Origin: Nemertoderma westbladi
Taxonomy: Eukaryota; Animalia; Xenacoelomorpha
Direction of reading: 5' to 3'
NCBI GenBank assembly: GCA_032718475.1
Contig: JAUCBJ010001846.1
Coordinates: forward strand, 248,001 to 312,000
Length of the DNA stretch: 64,000 nt
Below the pieces are notes generated by a model. That model saw only the letters and a program-made list of their open reading frames with translations, did no database searches and was not told where the DNA came from. Position 1 is the stretch's first letter; each line of letters starts with the position of its first letter. The translations under genes and the position numbers were made by a program. Positions 1-10,024 of the stretch are shown here, in pieces.

Positions 1-2
1 CG

Positions 3-113
3 CTATATCGTTGTAAAAACATCATGAATTGTGCCAGTGTTTGTCCTAAAAATTTGAATCCATCTGAAGCCATTGGCAACATTAAACGCGAGATGATCAA
101 AGATTCCGTTTAA
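3..113 (+). CDS. sdhB: Succinate dehydrogenase Fe-S subunit, C-terminal fragment (truncated by window edge)
   Basis: Manual translation [36 protein letters not shown] matches the SdhB C-terminal CxxxxxCxxxCP motif; TAA overlaps the next ATG. Confidence 0.9.
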   Translation, partial: LYRCKNIMNCASVCPKNLNPSEAIGNIKREMIKDSV

Positions 114-421
114 TGGAAGATTACACCAATTGGCATAAACGCTTAAGTTGGCGCGTTAAGCGTGGTTATTTAGAAGTCAACACCATCTTAATTGCCTTTT
201 TAAAAGCCAATCATCTTGACCCAGAAAGTGTATTAAAAACAGATGCGTCAAAAAGAGAAAAGTTTGAAAATCTTTTAAATCAATACTCAGATCAAACACT
301 TTTTAATTATTTAGTGAAATTAGAATTTGATGATCAAAACCAAGCGATTGTTAAATATTGTCACCACATTGTTCACATAGCTGCCCATTATTTAGCCCAT
401 CACCCTCAAAGCACGATATAA
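113..421 (+). CDS. sdhE: Succinate dehydrogenase assembly factor SdhE/Sdh5
   Basis: KRLSWRVKRGYLEV resembles the SdhE RLRWxCRRGMLE motif; later DQTLFNYL; directly follows sdhB. Confidence 0.8.
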   Translation: MEDYTNWHKRLSWRVKRGYLEVNTILIAFLKANHLDPESVLKTDASKREKFENLLNQYSDQTLFNYLVKLEFDDQNQAIVKYCHHIVHIAAHYLAHHPQSTI

Positions 422-1339
422 ATGAATGAAGGTGCTGCGCTCTCAATTTTGGCAGCCCTTGCAGTTGATTACTTATTAGGCGAGCCCCCCAACCGTTTTC
501 ACCCGTGGTATTGGGTAGGGCATTTAGCCAGTGAATTTGAAAGATTATTTAATCGTTCGTTGAAAAAAGGGTGGGTAATTTTTTTAGGAGCGCTTGCATC
601 CTGTTTGTTATTTTTAATCGTTTTTGTATTCGTGGGTGGTTTTTTAAGTGTGTTACCACCTGTGGCACAAGCTATTGTGGTGTTATATTTTTGTGTGGGG
701 TACAAAAGTTTGGTCTCACATGTGACTTGTGTGAAAAAAAATTTAGAACATAACGATATTCAAGCCGCCAGAAAATCGGTCAGCTTGATTGTTAGTCGAA
801 ATACCAAACAAATGGATCAAGGGGCTTGCATACGTGCCACGGTTGAATCCTTGGTTGAAAATTTCAGCGATGCGGTTACAGCTAGTTTATTTTGGTACTG
901 TATAGGCGGGTGGCCGCTTGTTCTGCTTCATCGTTTGGTGAATTTATTAGATGCCATGTGGGGGTATAAAACGCCACAATTTTTATATTTTGGGCGATTT
1001 GTTGCCTATTTGGATGATATGCTCAACTACATGCCAGCACGGCTAACGGTGCTGAGTTATTTATTAGTGGGCTCAGGTACTAAAGGCATGAGCGAAATTC
1101 GTTTGCATGCTAGAAAGTGGGCGAGCCCAAACGCCGGGGTTTTAATTGCGGCAGCGGCTGGGAGTTTTAAAATTCGTTTGGGTGGTTTAGCATATTACTC
1201 AAATGGTATGGAACACAGACCTTATATTGGCACTAATAGGCATAATTCAATTAAAGATATTGATGCCGCCCTTGTCAAAATATGGCAGGCTTTTTTAGTT
1301 TGGTTGGTAGTGATCATGTTGTTATTAGCGGTGGTGTAG
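422..1339 (+). CDS. cbiB: Adenosylcobinamide-phosphate synthase CbiB/CobD
   Basis: LLGEP..HP, IVSRNT, ESLVENFSDAV, LDAMWGYK, DDMLNYMPARL, SPNAG motifs; membrane protein. Confidence 0.9.
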   Translation: MNEGAALSILAALAVDYLLGEPPNRFHPWYWVGHLASEFERLFNRSLKKGWVIFLGALASCLLFLIVFVFVGGFLSVLPPVAQAIVVLYFCVGYKSLVSHVTCVKKNLEHNDIQAARKSVSLIVSRNTKQMDQGACIRATVESLVENFSDAVTASLFWYCIGGWPLVLLHRLVNLLDAMWGYKTPQFLYFGRFVAYLDDMLNYMPARLTVLSYLLVGSGTKGMSEIRLHARKWASPNAGVLIAAAAGSFKIRLGGLAYYSNGMEHRPYIGTNRHNSIKDIDAALVKIWQAFLVWLVVIMLLLAVV

Positions 1340-2605
1340 ATGAAAAATTTAGATGAATTAAAAATTGCGGTGATTGGTTTGGGTTATGTTGGTTTGCCAC
1401 TTGCTGTTTCTTTTGCTAAGCGATATGACGTGGTGGGTTTTGATACCAATAAACAGCGAATACTAGATTTAACAGCACACCTCGATATCACAAAAGAAAT
1501 TAGTACTGAACAATTGCAGACATCATCTGCCATTTATACGGCTGACCCTAAGCAAATCAAAGCCTGTAACTGCTATATTATGACAGTTCCCACCCCCATT
1601 GATTTGCACAAAGTCCCAGATTTGTCTGCTTTAAAAAAGGCCAGCGCTTTGGTGGGTCGTTTTCTAAAGTCTAAAGATATCGTGGTGTATGAGTCTACCG
1701 TGTATCCGGGGGCGACCGAAGAGGTATGTGTGCCTATTTTAGTTGAACAATCAGGACTCAAGTTCAATCAAGATTTTTTTGTGGGCTATAGCCCTGAACG
1801 TATCAACCCAGGGGATAAAATACACCGACTAGAAACCATCAAAAAAGTGGTATCTGGCTCAACACCCAAGATTTGCAGCTTGTTAGCGAGATTGTATGGC
1901 TCAATTATTCAGGCGGGCATTCACGAGGCTAAAGACATTAAAACCGCTGAAGCCGCCAAAATTATTGAAAATACACAACGTGACATTAACATTGCACTGA
2001 TGAACGAGCTGGCCTGTTTATTTCATCACATGGGTTTGGATACCGAATCGGTTTTACAAGCGGCTGAAACCAAGTGGAATTTTTTAGGGTTTCGCCCAGG
2101 GCTTGTGGGCGGCCATTGTATTGGGGTAGACCCCTATTATTTAACCTATAAAGCCCATGGCCTTGGCTTTCACCCCAAGATGATTCTCTCAGGCCGCCAA
2201 ACAAATGACCAAATGGGCAGCTATGTGGCCAAACGTGTACTTCGGTTAATGATTAAACAAAAAATCAATTTTGAGTCAGCACAAGTGTTGGTGATGGGTT
2301 ATACCTTTAAGGAGAATTGCCCCGATTATCGAAACACCAAAATTCAAGATATGTTAGATATCTTTAAAGATTACGGTTTGGCTGTGGATGTTTATGAGCC
2401 GTGGATAGCACCAGCTGATCGACCTGATCAATTACATTTTATTGATCAAATCAATGATTGTTATGATGCTATTGTGCTGGCCGTTTCCCATGATGAGTTT
2501 AAGCAATTATCACCCGATCAAATCAAATGCTGGCAAAAACCCAACAGCGTACTGTTTGATATTAAATCAATGCTAAATGAGACAATAGCTGATGAACGAT
2601 TATAA
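1340..2605 (+). CDS. Nucleotide-sugar dehydrogenase, TviB/WbpO-like (UDP-GlcNAc/GalNAc C6 dehydrogenase)
   Basis: GLGYVG Rossmann fold, YESTVYPGATEE, SPERINPGD, PGLVGGHCIGVDPYY, FKENCPD. Confidence 0.9.
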   Translation: MKNLDELKIAVIGLGYVGLPLAVSFAKRYDVVGFDTNKQRILDLTAHLDITKEISTEQLQTSSAIYTADPKQIKACNCYIMTVPTPIDLHKVPDLSALKKASALVGRFLKSKDIVVYESTVYPGATEEVCVPILVEQSGLKFNQDFFVGYSPERINPGDKIHRLETIKKVVSGSTPKICSLLARLYGSIIQAGIHEAKDIKTAEAAKIIENTQRDINIALMNELACLFHHMGLDTESVLQAAETKWNFLGFRPGLVGGHCIGVDPYYLTYKAHGLGFHPKMILSGRQTNDQMGSYVAKRVLRLMIKQKINFESAQVLVMGYTFKENCPDYRNTKIQDMLDIFKDYGLAVDVYEPWIAPADRPDQLHFIDQINDCYDAIVLAVSHDEFKQLSPDQIKCWQKPNSVLFDIKSMLNETIADERL

Positions 2606-3620
2606 AGTGGCTGGCAGCAAAATACTGATCACAGGGGCAGGTGGTTTTATTGGTGCAAGCCTTGCTAAAACCTTGATCAAAAAAGGCGCAAATGTGGTGG
2701 GTTTGGATAGTTTGAACGACTATTATAACCCACGTTTGAAAAAGGATCGTGTCAAACATGTGTTTAAATCAGACCAGTCGGCTCATTTTGTTCAACAAGA
2801 TTTATGTGACGTGAAATCTTTATATGACTTGTTTGAGAAAGAATCATTTGATGATGTGATTCATTTAGCCGCCCAAGCAGGGGTGCGTTATTCCATTGAA
2901 AACCCACATGCCTATTTAAGTAGTAACTTATCCGCTTTTTTAAACATTTTAGAAGCCTGTCGTCGCTTCCCTGTGAAGCATTTTTTATATGCCTCGTCTA
3001 GCTCCGTATACGGGGGCGTCAAAACAGTTCCTTTTTCGATAAAAACTTCCACCAAGCACCCCATCAGTTTTTATGCAGCCACCAAAGGGGCTAATGAGTT
3101 GATGGCGCATTCCTACAGCCATTTGTATCAAATACCTTCAACGGGTTTGCGTTTTTTTACCGCTTACGGCCCGTGGGGTCGCCCAGATATGGCCATTTTT
3201 ATTTTCACGCGCGCCATTTTAAACAATGAAACACTATTTTTGTTTAACCAAGGTCAGCATCGGCGTGATTTTACCTACATTGATGATGTGACTGAGGAGG
3301 TGTATCAATTGTTAAAGCGACCGCCCAGCCCAGAGAGTAATCAGTCTGAGACGAACGCACCGTGGCGCGTTTTAAATATTGGCCGCGGGCAGTCGGTAGA
3401 ATTAATGAAGATGGTGAAGCTGTTAGAAGAACACTTGGGCAAAAAGGCAAAGTATGAATTCAAACCCATGCAGCCGGGGGATATTTATGAAAATTTGGCG
3501 GATATTACCGAACTTCAAGCCCTCACAGGCTACACACCTCAAGTTGATTTAAAAACAGGTTTGGGTCGTTTTGTGGATTGGTATTGGCGTTACTACGCTA
3601 GGGGGATGGGTGTTACTTAA
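2592..3620 (+). CDS. NAD-dependent epimerase (UDP-glucuronate 4-epimerase-like)
   Basis: GAGGFIG, HLAAQAGVRYS, YAATK, GPWGRPDMA, RDFTYIDD. Confidence 0.9.
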   Translation: MNDYKVAGSKILITGAGGFIGASLAKTLIKKGANVVGLDSLNDYYNPRLKKDRVKHVFKSDQSAHFVQQDLCDVKSLYDLFEKESFDDVIHLAAQAGVRYSIENPHAYLSSNLSAFLNILEACRRFPVKHFLYASSSSVYGGVKTVPFSIKTSTKHPISFYAATKGANELMAHSYSHLYQIPSTGLRFFTAYGPWGRPDMAIFIFTRAILNNETLFLFNQGQHRRDFTYIDDVTEEVYQLLKRPPSPESNQSETNAPWRVLNIGRGQSVELMKMVKLLEEHLGKKAKYEFKPMQPGDIYENLADITELQALTGYTPQVDLKTGLGRFVDWYWRYYARGMGVT

Positions 3621-4951
3621 AACCAAAGCCATTGAGATACCTAAAGACGATCCATTTGCCAACGACTCGCTGGGCAAAAAAGAAAGTGCACAGACGCTAA
3701 CAGATTTTGTATCCTCAACCAATGAGCCACTCGTTTTGTGCCTTGATGCCCCTTGAGGGCAGGGTAAAACCACTTTTCTGAGAATGTGGGCGCAATATCT
3801 TAAAAATAAACAAATTCCGACCCTTTATTTCAGTGCGTGGGAAAATGATTTCTCAGGTGATGCGTTGGTTAGTCTAATGAGTGAGATTTCGGCTTCATTA
3901 TCTGATTTATCTAAGTCAGGTAATGCGTCTGAGGCTAAAGCATATTTTGATCAAGCCAAAAAGATAGCAATACCCTTGGTCAAACAATCCATTAAATCTT
4001 ATACAGGTTTCGATGTCGATGCTCTGGCTGAGGCGTCAATAAAGCAGTACCAACAATCTAAACAATCAATGCAAGCCTTTCGCAAGGCTTTGGGTGAATT
4101 TAGCAATAGCATAACGGATGATAAAAACCCAAAGCCATTGGTTTTTATCATCGATGAGCTAGATCGCTGCAGGCCCAATTAAGCCATTGAGTTGCTTGAA
4201 AAGGCCAAGCATTTTTTTAATGTCGAGAATATCGTATTTGTCCTAGGGGCGGATAAAACCCAGCTCGGTGTTTCAATTAAAGCCATTTATGGGGACGGGC
4301 TTGATGTGAATGGTTATCTTCGTCGTTTCATTGATTTTGACTACTTACTGCCGCCCCTGAATAAGGGCGAGTTTGTAAAAGCGTTGTTCACAAAATATGA
4401 CTTTGATCGTTACTTCTCACAAAAAAAGCATCATGAGACGCAATATGAACATCAACAAGCCCTCACGATGTTTGAGAAACTGTTTGTAGGTTTATCAATT
4501 GACCTTACGGGATCAAGAGCACTGCTGCTCGCTTTTAAGCCTAGCGATTAAAACAACACCAAGTGATTACAAATTATGCCCCTCACTTTTATGCTTTCTA
4601 ATCGTTTTAAAAGTAAAACGGCCAAGTTTTTATAAACTTTTTATTGATAATAGGCTATCACCTAAGGCACTGTTGGATCATATTAAGGAGCTTTCGGGAG
4701 GTTATGAACTACTTGACAGCCGTTACGGTGAGGGGCTAGAAGCCTTTATCGTGACTTGTAAATCCGATGATTGTGATCAGGTGCGCGATCAGTATCAAGC
4801 AATTTGTGACGATGCCTCCGCTAGTGAAGCACAAAAAATTCGAGCCAAAAACATTTTAGCTATCATCAAGGATTTTGATTGGCGCGGTGGAATAGGCGCT
4901 TTGGACTACTTGGTTCAAAAAATTGAGGTGGTGTCTCACTTTAAGGCCTAA
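3610..4951 (+). pseudogene. KAP-family P-loop NTPase, disrupted
   Basis: LDAP*GQGKTT (Walker A, TGA at 3754), FSAWEND, FIIDELDRCRPN*AIELLEKAKH (Walker B, TAA at 4180), GYLRRFID, frameshift near 4500. Confidence 0.88.
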
Positions 4952-5155
4952 ATGTTTAACAAGGTACTGCGGTGGGGTCGGTTTTGATGTGCTAAAATTT
5001 TTTTGGCACATGGGGGCGTCGACAGGCTGGATCATTTTAAAAAGAATATACGAAGATTGAGCATTGAGGATCAATGAAAATTCGCCACATAATTATGTTA
5101 GTATTAGTAAATAAGCAGATTGGCATTGATTGATTCGCCTGATAATTTTTTATAA

Positions 5156-5710
5156 ATGTGGAGTAGTTCAATGGGAATTAAGTGGCGTGACCTAGCGGAT
5201 CGATATGGGTTGGTGTCCAAACTATTTCATTGGTTTGTTGGTATTTTAATAATTGTATTGCTTGTGATGGGCATTGTCATGGAAGACATGCCAAGGGGCA
5301 ATGAAAAATTTGAACTTCTAAAATTACACAAACAATTAGGTGTGCTAGTGTTGCTGTTGGTATTTTTTCGCATCACGTGGCGGCTTAAACAAAGGGGCTT
5401 TATTGCACCGCTTCCCAATACGCCTTTTTGGCAAATAAAACTGGCGGCTATTGTTCAGTGGCTGTTTTATTTGTTGATGATTGTGGTGCCTGTCTCAGGT
5501 TATCTACAAAGTTCTGCCAAGGGTTACCCCACCTATTTTTTTGGAACAAAACTTCCCCTTTTAATTGAAAAAAATGAACTAATCGCTGAGCTAAGCCACG
5601 AAATACACGAACTCAGCACCACACTAATAATGGTGCTGTTGGTGCTTCATATTGGCGGGGCTGTGTTTCATTGGTTTAAAGGTAAGCCAATTATAAAACG
5701 CATTATTTAA
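5156..5710 (+). CDS. Cytochrome b561 (CybB/YceJ family)
   Basis: RY..VSKLFHW, LHKQLG, HEIHE, LHIGGA heme-ligand histidines; 4 TM segments; start may be 5171. Confidence 0.85.
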   Translation: MWSSSMGIKWRDLADRYGLVSKLFHWFVGILIIVLLVMGIVMEDMPRGNEKFELLKLHKQLGVLVLLLVFFRITWRLKQRGFIAPLPNTPFWQIKLAAIVQWLFYLLMIVVPVSGYLQSSAKGYPTYFFGTKLPLLIEKNELIAELSHEIHELSTTLIMVLLVLHIGGAVFHWFKGKPIIKRII

Positions 5711-5713
5711 TGC

Positions 5714-6829
5714 GTGAAACACCTCGTTTTTTTTGTTAACATTGTTCCGTTTTTTTTATCGCATCGTCTAGCCTTAGGGTTGCATGCAAAGTCGTTGGGG
5801 TATCGGGTATCTGTTATTGCCCTACCTCATGTCGATAAAAAAAAGCTTGCTGATCATGGGATCAATTTTTATCCCCTATCGATGAGCCGAGATAGGATGA
5901 ACCCTTTTTTAGATCTAAACACGCTGTTTTGTGCCTTTCGGTTACTTAAAAAACTAAAGCCAGATATCCTTCATTTAGTCACCATCAAGCCCATTATTTA
6001 TGGGGGTATAGCGGCTCGTTTATTAAATATACCCGCTGTGTTTGCGGTGACAGGTTTGGGGTGTTTGTTTTATCAAAAAGGGTTGATGAGGGTTTTTCGT
6101 TGGGTCATTCGCCCAGTTTATAACTGGATTGGTGGGCATAAACGTTCAGTCTTTATTTTTCAAAACTCAGATGATCAAGCTTTCATCAAGCGCTTTTGCA
6201 AGTTACGCGAAACGCAGTTATTTTTAATTCGAGGGGCAGGGGTTGATATTCATCAAATTCCTTATGAACCTTTGGCAGTAGGCAAGCCATGTGTTGTGAT
6301 GATCTCAAGGCTTGTGAAATCAAAGGGCGTGTTACTGTTTTTAAAGGCAGCACAGGCTTTGCACACACAATATCGCTTCGTTTTGTGTGGAGGCATTGAC
6401 CAACAAAGTAAAGATGCCATTGGTGAGGATGGGCTCAATGATTATATTAAAAGTGGGGTTATTGACTGGTTGGGGCATGTTGATGATATTCGACTCGTGT
6501 TAAAAAAAGCCCATATCGTTTGCTTGCCAACTTTGGGGGGCGAGGGGTTGCCCAAGGTGTTACTAGAAGCTGCATCAACAGGTCGTGCCATTGTGGCAAG
6601 TGATGTGCCGGGGTGTCGGGAAATTGTAAAAGCGGGTCACAATGGTTATTTATTTAACCAAGCTGATGTGAGCAGCTTTATACGATGTATTGAAAAGATT
6701 GCCACAAATTCAGATAAGCAGCTCACCATGGGCAAAAATGGTCGCGCGATGGTTGAAAAAGACTTTAGCCTAGAGAAAGTAATAGCCGATACTTTTTTGG
6801 TGTATGCACATGTTTTATCGCAAAGATGA
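5714..6829 (+). CDS. Glycosyltransferase family 4
   Basis: FFLSHRL, TIKPIIYG, IFQNSDD, EGLPKVLLEAA, SDVPGCREIV. Confidence 0.9.
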   Translation: MKHLVFFVNIVPFFLSHRLALGLHAKSLGYRVSVIALPHVDKKKLADHGINFYPLSMSRDRMNPFLDLNTLFCAFRLLKKLKPDILHLVTIKPIIYGGIAARLLNIPAVFAVTGLGCLFYQKGLMRVFRWVIRPVYNWIGGHKRSVFIFQNSDDQAFIKRFCKLRETQLFLIRGAGVDIHQIPYEPLAVGKPCVVMISRLVKSKGVLLFLKAAQALHTQYRFVLCGGIDQQSKDAIGEDGLNDYIKSGVIDWLGHVDDIRLVLKKAHIVCLPTLGGEGLPKVLLEAASTGRAIVASDVPGCREIVKAGHNGYLFNQADVSSFIRCIEKIATNSDKQLTMGKNGRAMVEKDFSLEKVIADTFLVYAHVLSQR

Positions 6830-6885
6830 TAATGTTGTACTATTGATTGACTTGTTTGTTTTTATTGTGTCTACTAATGACTGAA

Positions 6886-6960
6886 AAAGCTTAGAATTTC
6901 AAGCCAATTCGGGTGCATGTAAGTGTTGAATTGTGTGTTTTAAGCGGCTAGTAACCCAAT
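6886..6960 (+). promoter_or_regulatory. Putative rpsB 5' leader (t44/S2 autoregulatory structure)
   Basis: Nested pairings gcttagaa/ttttaagc and caattc/gaattg, internal GGGTG and downstream GGC..TAACCC resembling gammaproteobacterial rpsB leaders; SD AAGGAG follows. Confidence 0.45.
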
Positions 6961-6974
6961 TGTAAGGAGATAAT

Positions 6975-7889
6975 ATGCAGCATTTAACCATTCAAAAATT
7001 ATTTGAAGCAGGTGTTCATTACGGCCACAAAAAGCGTTTTTACAACGCTGATACCTTGCCCTATATTTACGGCGTTCGTAACAATCAATATGTTATTAAC
7101 CTAGACAAAACCTACCCCCTTTTTTTAAAGGCCATTGAGTTTGTTAAGCAATTAGCCAAGGAAAATAAAACACTTTTATTTGTCGGCTGTAAAAAAAGTG
7201 CCAAACAATTTGTGAAAGAACAAGCCATCCGCTCTGGTATGCCTTATGTGAGTCATCGCTGGATGGGCGGAACATTAACGAATAACGCAACGATTTATCA
7301 GTCTATTCGAAAATTGAAAGACCTTGAGAAGAAAAAAGATGATGGGTTTTTTAGTCAAATAACCAAAAAAGAAGCCTTGATGATAGATCGGAAAATGACG
7401 AAACTAGAAAATAATTTAGGGGGTATCAAAGCCTTAAAAGGCCTGCCTGATGCTATTTTTGTGACCGATGTCGGTAAAGAACGTAATGCCGTTTTAGAAG
7501 CAAAACATTTAGGCATACCCATTATTGGTATTGTGGACACTAACAATTCCGCTAAAAATATTGACTATATTATTCCAGGTAATGATGATTCAATGCGAAG
7601 CCAAAAACTCTATTGTCAAATATTTGCAGACACTATTTTAGAAGCACAAGCTGATCAAGTGCTAAGTGATGCCAATATGAATGAAAAATCAGCTGTTATT
7701 GAGCCAACGGTTGAAGTGAAAACATCGGTTGAATCTGTTGAAATTAATCAAGCACCCAAGGTGCAATCAGATGAACCCAAGCAGGCTCAACCTATCAAAT
7801 CTGAGGTTAAGTCAACCGATCAAGTCGACCAAAATGCACCCTCGCAGAACAGCAAAAAATTAGTGGATGAATCGGAGAAAAACGTATGA
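6975..7889 (+). CDS. rpsB: 30S ribosomal protein S2 with long C-terminal tail
   Basis: LFEAGVHYGH, RWMGGTLTN, GIVDTN, IPGNDDS. Confidence 0.97.
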   Translation: MQHLTIQKLFEAGVHYGHKKRFYNADTLPYIYGVRNNQYVINLDKTYPLFLKAIEFVKQLAKENKTLLFVGCKKSAKQFVKEQAIRSGMPYVSHRWMGGTLTNNATIYQSIRKLKDLEKKKDDGFFSQITKKEALMIDRKMTKLENNLGGIKALKGLPDAIFVTDVGKERNAVLEAKHLGIPIIGIVDTNNSAKNIDYIIPGNDDSMRSQKLYCQIFADTILEAQADQVLSDANMNEKSAVIEPTVEVKTSVESVEINQAPKVQSDEPKQAQPIKSEVKSTDQVDQNAPSQNSKKLVDESEKNV

Positions 7890-8752
7890 GCATAGACCTA
7901 ATTAAAACACTAAGACAACGCACCAATGCCGGGTTTGTGGACTGCAAAAAGGCACTCGGTGAGGCCAACAATGATATCGAACAGGCCATTCGTATACTTC
8001 GAGAAAGTGGGGCCATTAAATCCAGCAAGCGAGAAGGCAACACAACCGGTGAGGGCATGGTATTTCTAGGGATAAGTCCTGATAAAACCTTAGGCATATT
8101 GCTTGAGGTTAACTGTGAAACAGACTTTGTGGCAAAATCAGAACAGTTTCAAGCCTTCGTAAAACAGTTGGGTCATTATGCTGTTGAGCAAAAAATTGTT
8201 GCACAAAATGAACTGATGGCTGCCTCAATAGGGGAGACAACCATTGAATCGATGCTCAATGAACTGGTAGTATCTTTGGATGAAAAAATTAGAGTCAGAC
8301 GTTTAGTTGCCATGGAGTGTGTCGACGGGGCGATTGCTGGTTACCTACATGGGCGTAAAATCGGTGCCCTAGTGAATGTGGTGGCCAAAGATCATGCACT
8401 TGGGGAAGATATCGCCATGCATGTGGTCGCCATGAAGCCAATTTGTTTAACGGCAGATGATGTACCTGACGCTTTGATTAAAAAAGAACGCTCAATTATT
8501 GAATCGCAAATCAAGCAAACCAATAAACCTGCTAACATTCTTCAGCAAATGGTAGCAGGTCGATTACAAAAATTTATTAATGAAATGACATTACATGGTC
8601 AACCCTTTGCCAAGGAACCTAAAACGAAAGTGGCTGACTACTTAGATAAAAACGATGCAGAAGTTTTGGGTTTTGCTTGCATTACATTGGGCGAAGGCAT
8701 TGAGAAAAAAGAAAGCGATTTTGCAAAAGAGGTTGCAGATCAGCTTAAATAA
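7886..8752 (+). CDS. tsf: Elongation factor Ts
   Basis: LRQRTNAGFVDCKKAL, EVNCETDFVA, DFAKEV. Confidence 0.97.
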   Translation: MSIDLIKTLRQRTNAGFVDCKKALGEANNDIEQAIRILRESGAIKSSKREGNTTGEGMVFLGISPDKTLGILLEVNCETDFVAKSEQFQAFVKQLGHYAVEQKIVAQNELMAASIGETTIESMLNELVVSLDEKIRVRRLVAMECVDGAIAGYLHGRKIGALVNVVAKDHALGEDIAMHVVAMKPICLTADDVPDALIKKERSIIESQIKQTNKPANILQQMVAGRLQKFINEMTLHGQPFAKEPKTKVADYLDKNDAEVLGFACITLGEGIEKKESDFAKEVADQLK

Positions 8753-8760
8753 AACCTTTG

Positions 8761-9474
8761 ATGAAATATCGTCGAATTTTGATCAAATTAAGCGGGGAAG
8801 CCCTAGCAGACGAGGGTTTAAATCATCTGTTTAACTTCGATAAAATTCATGCATTTGCCAAGCAAATAAATGCCCTGATCACAGCAAACATTGAGGTTGC
8901 CATTGTAATAGGGGCAGGTAATATTTTGCGCGGTAGTACGCTTAGCTCAAACAATGACTTAGATAAAGTTAATGCTGATTACATGGGGATGGTCGCCACC
9001 CATATCAATGCCATTGCTTTGGCAGATATATTAACTAAAAATGATTGCCAAATCAGTTTGATGAGCGCCTATCCTTTGAGTGGCACAACGGTGTTTAACC
9101 CCATATTGGCCAAACATCATATGCGTGAAGGTCGCGTATTGATTTTATCAGGGGGTACTGGTAATCCCTGTGTAACCACCGATACCTGTGCGGCCATTCG
9201 AGCCATTGAATTAAATGTTGATGTTTTAGTGAAAGCCACCAAGGTGGAAGGCATTTACGCGCAAGATCCTGTGCGTTTTCCAGATGCAAAATTTTTTCCC
9301 CATTTAACGTACCGAGAGGCGCTAGAAAAGCGGCTTGACGTGATGGACATGGCCAGTTATCTTTTGTGCAGTGACCATGACATGCCCTTAATTGTTTTAA
9401 ACATATTTAAGCAATCAATACTCGCAACACTAAAAGGTCAGGGGCAGTTTAGTTTGTTAAATAACAATGATTGA
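8761..9474 (+). CDS. pyrH: UMP kinase
   Basis: RILIKLSGEAL, GAGNILRG, GTGNP..TTD. Confidence 0.95.
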   Translation: MKYRRILIKLSGEALADEGLNHLFNFDKIHAFAKQINALITANIEVAIVIGAGNILRGSTLSSNNDLDKVNADYMGMVATHINAIALADILTKNDCQISLMSAYPLSGTTVFNPILAKHHMREGRVLILSGGTGNPCVTTDTCAAIRAIELNVDVLVKATKVEGIYAQDPVRFPDAKFFPHLTYREALEKRLDVMDMASYLLCSDHDMPLIVLNIFKQSILATLKGQGQFSLLNNND

Positions 9475-10024
9475 AGAACATTTAAGCCAGTTAGAACTTT
9501 GTATCCAAAAAGCCATTGATGTGCTAAAGGTTCATTTGTCTAAAATTAGGACAGGGCGCGCTAACCCAGACATTTTGCAAGATATTCAAGTTGAATATTA
9601 TGGCAATTTAACGCCACTTGCTCAGGTGGCCTCTGTCGTTGTTGAAGATAATCATGTGCTAAAAGTGACCCCGTGGGAAAAAAAGATTGTGCCTGATATT
9701 GAACGCGCTATTGTGCAGTCTGACATTGGTCTTAACCCCACTAATCAAGGTGATTTCATCCGCATTATTTTCCCACCGCTGAATGAGGAAAGAAGAAAAG
9801 CGTTAATTAAATTGGCTTATCAAGAGGGTGAACACATCAAGGTATCGATTCGCAGCTTTCGGCGTGACACCTTAGATAAATTGAAAAAAATGGTGAAAGA
9901 GAAAATCATTTCTGAAGATGATGAAAAGCAAGGCAAGCAAAAAATAGAAAAAATCACAGCCCAATATATTGACAATGCCGATCAAATTTTGTTGCTAAAA
10001 GAAAAAGATTTAATCGCACTGTAA
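9467..10024 (+). CDS. frr: Ribosome recycling factor
   Basis: IRTGRANP, VEYYG, PPLNEERRK. Confidence 0.97.
   Translation: MIEEHLSQLELCIQKAIDVLKVHLSKIRTGRANPDILQDIQVEYYGNLTPLAQVASVVVEDNHVLKVTPWEKKIVPDIERAIVQSDIGLNPTNQGDFIRIIFPPLNEERRKALIKLAYQEGEHIKVSIRSFRRDTLDKLKKMVKEKIISEDDEKQGKQKIEKITAQYIDNADQILLLKEKDLIAL

Noticed and set aside
3754-3756. TGA at a conserved Trp position suggesting genetic code 4 or readthrough
   Set aside because: TGA terminates many intact genes here (rpsB, pyrH, cdsA, dxr, glmM), and the same gene also has a TAA and a frameshift
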